Below the pieces are notes generated by a model. That model was not told where the DNA came from, made no database searches, and saw only the letters and a program-made list of their open reading frames with translations. From positions 61,621 through 81,620 of the forward strand of contig MEDX01000010.1 in the NCBI GenBank assembly GCA_001724245.1: a DNA stretch of 20,000 nucleotides, read 5' to 3'. This stretch comes from Fonticula-like sp. SCN 57-25 (Eukaryota). A program made the position numbers and the translations under genes. Shown piece after piece: positions 12,340 through 20,000 of this stretch (position 1 is the stretch's first letter; each line of letters starts with the position of its first letter).

Positions 12340-13671
12340 TCACGACCGACGCCTAAAAGCGGTCGTGCGCGAGTGGAACCGGACAAAAGGCGAGTCTGAG
12401 CGGGCGATCTGCAGCCAGCTAATGTCATGCAGGTCGACGCGCTCAAAGCCGTCGCTCTCGAACGGCGGCACCTGGCCGGGCGTCGGCGCGCTGTCCGCCA
12501 CTCCCCACGTGTTCCACGCGCGCCCACTGACGCCATAGTCCACTTCGCCAATCAGAATGTATTCCTGGACGCTCGGTGCGCGGAAGGCGGGCGTCCAGTC
12601 ATCGGCGATGGACATCCACGAGCACAGGATGATTTGAGGCTTGTACGCCTCAACGGCCTCCTCGGCCGACATGCGCTCGACGGGGAACGCGCCGCTCTCG
12701 TCGGCCACGCGGCCGTACGCGTCCGTGGCGACAAACGTGACGTCCTTGGTGGACGACCTGCGGAACGCCTCGCCGACAAAGTGCGTGAGCCGACCGTTGC
12801 CCGCGCCTACTTCGAGCACGGTGGCGGTCTCAAGGGCGCCCAGCTGCGCGTGCAGGTACGCGGCCAGCGCGTCAATGTACTCGGCGGTCATGATCTCGCA
12901 CTGGCGGAAGCCGTGGTTGGAGAACATGTAAGTCCACTCGGCCGGGCGGATGAGGCTCGGCAGGGCGGCCGACAGGACAGGCGCGCGAAGGGCGGCGGCA
13001 TCGAGCGGGAAGGGAACGTACGTCGGGTGCAGCCACTCAAACGCGGTGATTACGTCGTTCATAGTGGGCAGGTGCGACGCGTTGAGCAGCGGGCGGAACC
13101 GCTCGGTCGGGTCGGCGGCATCGCTTAGCACATCGAGGGCGAGGGCAGGGTGCGAGGCGGCGGGGGGATGCTGGTAGTCGTTGCGGTGCGACATCAGGTA
13201 CATGTGCTCGCGACGGAGCGCGCCAGTCACTTCGTCCCACGAGATGGGATACTTTGAGATCTGGCTGCTGATGCGAGACTTCCACCCGCCATGCGTCGCA
13301 ATCTTGGCGTTGCGGTAGCGCTGGCGAAGAGCGGCCAGGAGCGAATCGCCCGCATCGTGATCATAGAGAGCCGCGCCGCCGCCGCCAAGCGAGAGCTGAC
13401 GCCACGCAAGCTCCTGAAACAGCGTCTCGTAGCGATCCTTCACTTCGATCTCGTAGCGGTGCGCGGGCGTCCCATCCCACTCGAACACCGTCTCGGCATG
13501 CTCGCCCTCGGCAAGCACAGACCGCATATCGCTGACCAAGACATCGACCACAAATGACCGCTTGATAAGCGAGTCTCTATCCTCTGTGTCTCCGGCCTCT
13601 TCCTGCGCGCGCGCTCCACTCGCGGCAGCCGCCACCACCAGCAGCACCGCCACGACGCATCGTATCCGCAT
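12340..13671 (-). CDS. Intronless class I SAM-dependent methyltransferase-like protein with an N-terminal signal peptide, 443 aa, uncharacterised
   Basis: Continuous ORF with its first ATG at 13671 (the track start at 13701 is GTG). MRIRCVVAVLLVVAAAASGARA looks like a signal peptide. Motif I-like VLEVGAGNGRL is followed by ATD and IILCSWM. Confidence 0.8.
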   Translation of the reverse strand: MRIRCVVAVLLVVAAAASGARAQEEAGDTEDRDSLIKRSFVVDVLVSDMRSVLAEGEHAETVFEWDGTPAHRYEIEVKDRYETLFQELAWRQLSLGGGGAALYDHDAGDSLLAALRQRYRNAKIATHGGWKSRISSQISKYPISWDEVTGALRREHMYLMSHRNDYQHPPAASHPALALDVLSDAADPTERFRPLLNASHLPTMNDVITAFEWLHPTYVPFPLDAAALRAPVLSAALPSLIRPAEWTYMFSNHGFRQCEIMTAEYIDALAAYLHAQLGALETATVLEVGAGNGRLTHFVGEAFRRSSTKDVTFVATDAYGRVADESGAFPVERMSAEEAVEAYKPQIILCSWMSIADDWTPAFRAPSVQEYILIGEVDYGVSGRAWNTWGVADSAPTPGQVPPFESDGFERVDLHDISWLQIARSDSPFVRFHSRTTAFRRRS

Positions 13672-13903
13672 GGTGGTCACGCTCGGCAGCTTTGATAGCA
13701 CAAAAGTCGGTCTGCGTCGGTCTGGGTCGGTCTGGGTCTGTCTTAGTCTGCCTGCGTCGGTCTGGGTCGGTTATCTCTTTGCGCAGTCAGCAAAGTCGAT
13801 CCCGATGAACGGATGGTCATGTGTTGATTGCTTATCACGCGGACGCTTTGCCATATTCTGGTCATAATCGACCCGCCTCTCGCTCCCGTGTCAAGTCGTC
13901 GCC
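13672..13903. promoter_or_regulatory. Bidirectional promoter between the methyltransferase and the P450
   Basis: 232 bp separate the divergent ATGs. Confidence 0.6.
13706..13775. repeat. 10-bp tandem repeat (GTCGGTCTGG consensus, 7 units) in the methyltransferase/P450 divergent promoter
   Basis: Units are gtcggtctgc, gtcggtctgg, gtcggtctgg, gtctgtctta, gtctgcctgc, gtcggtctgg and gtcggttatc. Confidence 0.9.
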
Positions 13904-15906
13904 ATGTCTGAGGTAGTCATCGCCGTGGTGGTGATCGCCATCTCGCTGGCGATCTACTTCGTGCGTGCCCTGTCTATATGGCCTTCCTCCTTCGCTGACC
14001 TTGTGTGCTTTTTTTTGTGGTCGTCGATCGCAGCTCTTCTTTGCCCCGGTCGCCCCTGCCTCGTTCATGAAGCTGCCCGGCCCGCCGCAGCCGTTCGGCC
14101 GCTACTTTGGAAACATGCCCAACAGCCCTCTCTTCCAGCAGCACCTTCACTTTAAGGACCTCACCGAAAGGGTCCGCCTTCCTTTGCCCTGTCTTTGAGA
14201 TGCGTTGACTGACGCTGTCGACGTGTGTAGTATGGCAAGCTCGTCCGCAAGCGCGTCATGGGCTACAACGTGCTCATCTGCATCGACGCCGAGTACGCGC
14301 TCGAGATCTCCAAGAACAAGGAGAGCTTCCCGGACCGCCCGCAGAACGGCATTATCCACTACCTCCCCAAGGGTCTTCTTGGTACGCGCGGGATCGGCGT
14401 GGGAAGCGTGGTCAACTGACTCTGCGGTTGCTCTTGATAGCGCTTCCGACTGGCCCGATGTGGAAGGCGCACCGCACGACCGTGTCGCGCATCTTTGCCG
14501 ACTCGTTCATTCGCCAGTACACTGATGTCTTTGCGGCCAAGGCCATGGAGCTTGTTGACAACATGAACAAGTATGATTTTACCAAGTCGTTCAACGTGCA
14601 CTATGACGTGTCGCGCCTTTCGCTTGACGCCATCGGCATCACCGGCTTTGGCTACAACTTCAACTCGCTGAGCGTCAACGACCCCTACTACTACGACGCC
14701 GCCACGATCGTCTGCGAGGGCGCCGTGATGCGTACCCTGATGCCGATCAGCACCATCTACCACATGCTCCAGGCCAAGAACTGGCGCGACTCGCGTGCCG
14801 GTACGCGCCTTTTTATTAATATTTGCTTGCTAATTGCCGCGCAGCTCTCCTCAAGTTTGTCAAGCTCGTCGACAAGATCAAGGCCGAGAGCGAGAAGAAG
14901 GAGGCCAAGACGCTGCTCGACATTCTCCTCGAGAAGGAGGAGTTTTCCCACGACGAGGTCGTCGACGAGATCATGACCATGGTCCTCGCGGGCGTACGCC
15001 TCTCTCTTTAATATTTGTATTGTGGCGGCTCACGTGGGCGCTGACAGCATGAGACGACCGCCAACACGATCGCGTGGTCCGTCATGAACCTCGCCCTCAA
15101 CCCCGATGGTACGCAGATTGGGCAAGACACCATTGGCTGTCGCTGCATTTCCCAGCTTTTTATTGGTTGCTGACGACGTGCGCAGTCATGAAGAAGGCGC
15201 AGGCCGAGATTGACGAGATCTGGGACGAGCCCGGCTTTGACATTACCAAGAACTTTTTCGACTGCAAGAAGCGCCTCAAGTACCTTCGCGGTACGAAAAG
15301 GTGCTTTTTTAGGCGCTGATTGCTGACACATGGACGCAGGTGTGTTTGATGAGACGCTGCGTATCTACCCGTCGGTGCCGCACTTCCCGCGCGTCTGCGT
15401 CAAGGACACGCGCGTGTTTGACGTTGACATTCCCGCCGGCGTACGCAATTTTATCATTCTTTTCGTGTGTGTTTGGCTGACGTGCGCCGCCAGACGAACG
15501 TGTACATTGCGCTCGCCGCCATGGGCCGCAGCCCCGAGAACTGGGAGGAGCCCGAAAAGTTCAAGCCTGAGCGCTTCATCGACAACGACAAGAGCGGCGA
15601 GGACTCGCAAAAGGCCGGCAGCGCGCTGCCCTACTTCCCCTTTGGCGGCGGTGTCCGGTACGTCACTACTAAAAATGATGAGCTTTTTGTTGCTAACCAC
15701 ATGGCCTTTTTTTGCCTTTCTTTTGTTTTAGTCAGTGCATTGGCCGCCGCTTTGCCGAGATGGAGGCGCTCACGGTGCTCGCCGCGCTCGTCCGCCACTT
15801 TGACTTTGTGCTCGACGAGAGCAAGCCCGTCGTTGAAAAGTCGCACATCACGCTCACGAGCGAGGACGGCATCTGGGTCAAGGCCACGCCGCGCAAGCAC
15901 GACTGA
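13904..15906 (+). CDS. Microsomal cytochrome P450, 486 aa. Exons 13904-13960, 14034-14171, 14231-14381, 14441-14800, 14845-14993, 15048-15108, 15186-15290, 15340-15440, 15494-15657, 15732-15906
   Basis: N-terminal membrane anchor and LPGP hinge; WKAHR (C helix); AGHETT (I helix); ETLR (K helix); FKPERF; heme motif FGGGVRQCIG assembled across the last intron. Confidence 0.95.
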
Positions 15907-16134
15907 GCATTAGGATTGTGGACTAGACGATGTTTTAAAGTTGATTATGAACTGCCGTTATATAAAATAGTACCTGCTTTCGCAACAATCAGTACAATCA
16001 GTCATATTTGATAGCACATACGGTGCCTGCTTGGCTACACACACACGCGCGCACATACAGTAAAGTGCGCGCAATACGAATATACCTACAATAAGAATAC
16101 ACGCGGCCTGAATCGCCACGAAAAAGACCAAAAA

Positions 16135-17098
16135 TTACAAGCTATTTGACGTGAAAGACGCCGCCGTGTTCCTCATGGAGGTGAGCGTGTCCTTTACAAA
16201 CTCGAACGCGAGAAAAGTGACTGCGTTTGCGGGGATGGCCCTGATGGCGCACGGCGCAAGACCCTTGTAGAACCCCCTGACGCCCTCCTGCTTGTAGAGC
16301 GACTTTACTTGAGAGACGAACGCGCCCGCGACAGGCAGACCCTTGTCGAGCGACCGCGTCTGCATGAGTGCCTTGACAGAGTCGAACGGGTAGATCAGCA
16401 CCCAGTAGGCGACGCCCGCCAGCGCGCCGCCCGTCAGCACGGTGACGTACTCTGAGCCGCCAGGAACGCCCACGTGGCGCACGGCGGCATATGTCCCAAA
16501 ATAGATTGCGTTGCCGGGGCACTCGCGCATGAGCTGCGGCACAAAGCCAGAGTAGAGGCCGCGAAGGCCGCCGGCGGCGTAGATCCGCCGCGTCATCTCC
16601 AGCGGCGAGACGGGGCCCGCCTGGTACTGCGTCTGAAGGCGCGTCTTGACGTGCTCGAACGGGGTGTACGCGCTCGTCTCGACGAGGGCTGCCGCGCACG
16701 ATGCGGCCAGGAAGCCGGGAGCACGAAGGACGCCGTCAGACCCGCTGAACCACTGCGAAAACGTCTCAAAGCTGCCAAAGAGAAGCGCCTGAAAGGCAAC
16801 CGTCGCGACAAGGGGCGAGCTCATGCCCTTGTAAAAGCCGAGCACGCCCTCGTGCGAGAGCGTGTGCATCACGCAATCCTTGGAGCGCGCAAAGGCGCCC
16901 GTCTGCATGCGCACCTGCCCACGCGGTCAGCAACTTTGACCATCGAGGACAAAGGCGGAGACGTACCTTGATCGTGTCGAACGGGTGGCCAACAACCGTC
17001 TGGGCAAAGCCCGCCGCCGTGCCCGCGATAAAGTTCACGCTGTCCGGCAGCACGAACGTCCGCCTGCCGGCCACACTCACCGCCTCGCGGTCCGCCAT
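16135..17098 (-). CDS. Mitochondrial carrier (SLC25), carnitine/acylcarnitine or ornithine/basic amino acid carrier group, 303 aa. Exons 17098-16967, 16914-16135
   Basis: Three PxDxxK-type signatures (PFDTIK, PFEHVK, PFDSVK), plus GFYKGMSSPL, RECPGNAIYFGTY and RAIPANA, which are typical of the CACT/ORNT/Ymc1 group. Confidence 0.9.
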
Positions 17099-17184
17099 GG
17101 CAAGCGCGCCAAACCAATAAAGGCCGGACTCTGGGGTGGATTCAGGGGTAGATTCAGGCGTTTGGACCACAAAGGGCGGGAAAG
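17099..17184. promoter_or_regulatory. Very short bidirectional promoter between the carrier and GNB1L
   Basis: 86 bp separate the divergent ATGs; the interval contains CCAAT (17114-17118), a GGGCGG and the 12-bp repeat. Confidence 0.65.
17126..17161. repeat. 12-bp tandem repeat (3 units) in the carrier/GNB1L divergent promoter
   Basis: Units are ggactctggggt, ggattcaggggt and agattcaggcgt. Confidence 0.8.
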
Positions 17185-18141
17185 ATGGCGCGCGCGCCGC
17201 CGCCGCCCGAGTACATCTTTCGCGGCCACTCTGAGGCGGTTCACTCTGTGTGCTTTGATGAGGCGGGCGAGCACCTGTACACGGGCGACGCCGGGGGCCA
17301 CGTGCTGCGGTGGTCGCTCGCCACGATGCAGAGCAAGCGCGTGTTGAGCGCAGACGGCGAACCTGCGCATGCGGGGCACGCAGTCCTATCGCTCGCATGC
17401 GCGGGCGGGCTGCTTGTCACGCAGGGCCGTGAGGGCCTCGCAAGGGTGTGGTCGCCGTCGTCCCTCTCGATGCTGCACGAGGTGCCCGCCGAGGGCCTCT
17501 CTTTTTGCCGGGTAAGCGTTGCGGCAACATCGTCGTCGGACGTGCTGATTGCTGCGGCCTCGGTGGCTGAGGATCGGCGAGTCAATGTGTGGCGCGTGTC
17601 TTCTGACGCCTCTAATGCTCCCGTGCACCACGCGTCAGTGGACGCGCCCGATGAGCGGTGCGGTGCTGCCCTGAGCCTCGCTCTGATCGGCCCAGATCGC
17701 CTTCTCACTGGCCACGAGGGCGGCGAGCTTCTCCTCTGGCGTCTCTCATCCGACGCGTCGGCGCTGTGCGCACGTCTGCGTCTTCACACCGAGCCTGTCC
17801 TGTCGCTCTCCGTGCACTTGCCGAGGCACCACGTTGTCTGCGCTTCGCCCGAGCAGCGCATCGCCCGCGTGACCTTTGCCAACGATGCGCTGATCCTCGT
17901 CGACAACATTGACGTCGCGTCGGGCGGCGTTGCGCAGGTCGACGTGCGCGCCGACGGCAAGCTGGCCGCGTGCGCGGGGTGGGACGGGCGACTGTGGATC
18001 ATGGGGCTCGGGCCGCCGAGGCCGCTCGCCGTCGTCAGCGCACATAGAGAGGGGCTCATGTGCGTCGCGTGCGCGCCGAGCGGGAGTTTGATTGCCGCAG
18101 GGAGCAAGGACGCGCGCGTGTCGCTGTGGAAGCTTTTTTAG
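17185..18141 (+). CDS. GNB1L: GNB1L/Asa1-like WD40 protein, 318 aa, intronless
   Basis: The N-terminal PPPPEYIFRGH, the internal TQGREG and RADGKLAACAGWDGR, and the C-terminal AAGSKDARVSLWKLF match the recalled GNB1L family pattern. Confidence 0.8.
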   Translation: MARAPPPPEYIFRGHSEAVHSVCFDEAGEHLYTGDAGGHVLRWSLATMQSKRVLSADGEPAHAGHAVLSLACAGGLLVTQGREGLARVWSPSSLSMLHEVPAEGLSFCRVSVAATSSSDVLIAAASVAEDRRVNVWRVSSDASNAPVHHASVDAPDERCGAALSLALIGPDRLLTGHEGGELLLWRLSSDASALCARLRLHTEPVLSLSVHLPRHHVVCASPEQRIARVTFANDALILVDNIDVASGGVAQVDVRADGKLAACAGWDGRLWIMGLGPPRPLAVVSAHREGLMCVACAPSGSLIAAGSKDARVSLWKLF

Positions 18142-18281
18142 AAGCAACAGGCTGTCATTCGTATATTTAAGCAAAGCTTTTTGCATTGTACATTCTGTAT
18201 TACGTATTATACTGCACCTATTGATCAGATGATGCTGACAATTATAGTCGAAACAATTCACTAGTATCTGAATTATGAATA

Positions 18282-19035
18282 ATGTTTACGTTTCACTCTT
18301 TTCTCGCATTATTTATGTACGAATGCAGTAGACTTGTCCTTGGTTCAAATGTTCTTGACCAGAGATCTGCACGCACGATTCTTTGGACAGAATCACTGCA
18401 GATCAAACTTGATGTCACTGATGTAACTGACACCTTTAGTTCTTTGTCGTTTACCACTTTTTCCTTCACTTTTACAGTCACTGGACAGTCAAATGAACCC
18501 TTCAACAGTGTGCAAGCATTGCAACAGTGTACTGCATAAAATGATTTTTGGACCAATCAGGATCGAGATCGTATGATTTTTTCGGTAATTTTCTTTTCTA
18601 CTGTTTTCATCGTATAAAAAAACAATTTATACTTTTGCCACCATACTGCCCTATAGAGCATTGTACACTCTATGTAATGATATACATTCTGTCGAAAAAA
18701 ATTACTGTTTTTTTTCGACTAATTTTCCTTTCAACTTTTCAGATCACTTGCATCCCTCTCATTGAGACTAACTTGACAAAGTCTTCGAAAGACAAAAAAC
18801 CGACTATTTAAAAATCCTTTCTAGAATGGTTCCTGTGTCCACGTGCTTCACGTACAGCATTGCCACAACTGCCACAACAAGACTGCATACTACTCTTCAT
18901 GTGCCATCAACTATGTCGCCCATTTTCATTGATTTTCCACTGATCAATCTCGGCATTTTCGTCCTTTTATTGTGTACTGTATCCTACTGTGCATCGTCGT
19001 CATACTATGAACATACACGAATAAACAGTGTATAA
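18282..19035 (+). pseudogene. Possible decayed gene relic (TpG/CpA-rich, AT-rich)
   Basis: Short protein-like fragments such as QIKLDVTDVTDTFSSLSFTTFSFTFTVTGQ have codon pairs consistent with CpG-to-TpG decay. There is no intact gene model. Confidence 0.35.
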
Positions 19036-19062
19036 ATATATATTATTATATGTATATTCTCT

Positions 19063-19637
19063 TTACTCTTGCGCCGCCTCCACCTCCTTCACTTCCTTGA
19101 CCTCCTCCTTGACCTCTTCCTTGACCTCCTCCTTGACCTCCTTTGCGTCCTCGACAGCCACGCGGTAGTGCACCGCCTCCTCTGTAAAGTACGACGCCGT
19201 ATTATCAAACACAAAGCACACCTTCCCATCCCTCTCCGCCACCACTGTGCGCCTTCCACTATCCTTCCTCTCCACCTCGACCGCCGTCGCCGCCTCCACC
19301 TTTTCCTCCTTGCCAACATTGATCGCGCCGACGCCGACGTCGTTCTTGACCGACACCCAGTCGAGAATGACGCTCTGCCCCGCCGCGACGTCCACCTCGA
19401 CAACCTCGCGCTTGCCCGCGGGAATGTCAATGACGCCCGACGCGCGCTCGGCGGCGGCGCCAATGTCGGCGTAGCCGCCGTAGACCGGCTCGAGGTGCGC
19501 GGCGGGGATGACGCTGAGGAGGGCGCGGCGCGTGTTGCCGCCGTGGACGAGCTGGAACTTGCCGACGGTGCGCTTGCTGGAGAAGGCGGTGACGAGGTTG
19601 TAGAAGAACTCGGCAATGGCGGGGACATTCACAAACA
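19063..19637 (-). CDS. Last exon of a Sec14/CRAL-TRIO + GOLD (patellin-like) lipid-transfer protein; no upstream exons found in the window
   Basis: Acceptor TTTTCTAG ends at 19638. FVNVP...FYNLVTAFSSKRTVGKF...IPAAHLEPVYGG is a CRAL-TRIO C-terminus. It is followed by a GOLD-like domain (IPAGKREVV, ILDW...DVG, GKVCFVFDNTASYF) and a TAA stop at 19065-19063. Confidence 0.8.
19084..19143 (-). repeat. Coding 12-bp repeat giving a (KEEV)n acidic/basic tail
   Basis: The + strand has repeated CCTTGACCTC(C/T)T units, translated on the minus strand as KEVKEEVKEEVKEEVKEVKEV. Confidence 0.85.
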
Positions 19638-19734
19638 CTAGAAAAGATATTGGTAAGTTTGGGTGTGAATATGATAGAGATATTGGATTGGGAAGAGAGT
19701 GTTTGAATATGAACAAAGTAAAAGTATTATGATC

Positions 19735-19992
19735 ATAAACATGATACTCATACATGTCCATGCTACTTTTATACATGATACTCATACATGATACTCATAC
19801 ATTCATGTACATGATACTCGTACATTTCCATGATACTCATGAACAAGATGCTCATGGCCACGATACTCATAAATGTACAAGATATGACCATGATGCTCAT
19901 ACATAAACAAGATACAACAATATATGACAATGATACTCATGCAAGATACCCATGATACCCATGATACCCACGATACTCATGATTCCCATGTT
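19735..19992. repeat. Degenerate minisatellite with a CATGATAC(T/C)CAT core (13-bp and 9-bp units)
   Basis: Many copies of catgatactcat(a), shifting to catgatacc units near 19950-19970. Confidence 0.9.
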
Positions 19993-20000
19993 TCCTTCCA

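Noticed and set aside
16036-16059. Alternating purine-pyrimidine run (CA/CG)n and a nearby 9-bp duplication at 15985-16002
   Set aside because: Short, common microsatellite-type features in a convergent intergenic region.
18805-18957. Minus-strand GDIVDGT*RVVC...LYVKHVDTG, faintly like a kinase N-lobe
   Set aside because: There is no Gly-rich loop or downstream kinase motif, so it is probably chance.
19638-19785. N-terminal extension of ORF 19063..19785
   Set aside because: It is read-through into AT-rich intronic/repeat sequence upstream of the splice acceptor.
19735-19992. CRISPR-like array
   Set aside because: The units are short, degenerate and lack unique spacers; the context is eukaryotic with no cas genes.

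Overview
Compact, GC-rich eukaryotic genomic DNA, probably from a unicellular eukaryote (taxon not determinable from this window). It is gene-dense, with 33 short spliceosomal introns (44-110 nt) that I reconstructed by hand; 32 of them have a GTNCG donor. Ten genes in order: a partial >1,440-aa HEAT-repeat protein resembling UNC79 of the NALCN channel complex (-), Seh1 (+), bifunctional LKR/SDH AASS (+), a FABP/calycin-like lipid-binding protein (+), GAPDH (+), an intronless signal-peptide-bearing class I SAM methyltransferase-like protein (-), a cytochrome P450 (+), an SLC25 mitochondrial carrier (-), GNB1L/Asa1 WD40 (+), and the last exon of a patellin-like Sec14-GOLD gene (-). Most notable: the UNC79-like gene, the FABP-like gene, 10-12-bp tandem repeats in three promoters, the +4C splice donors, and a compositionally distinct right end (apparent CpG-decayed gene relic plus a minisatellite). 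Family assignments come from recalled motifs, not database searches.
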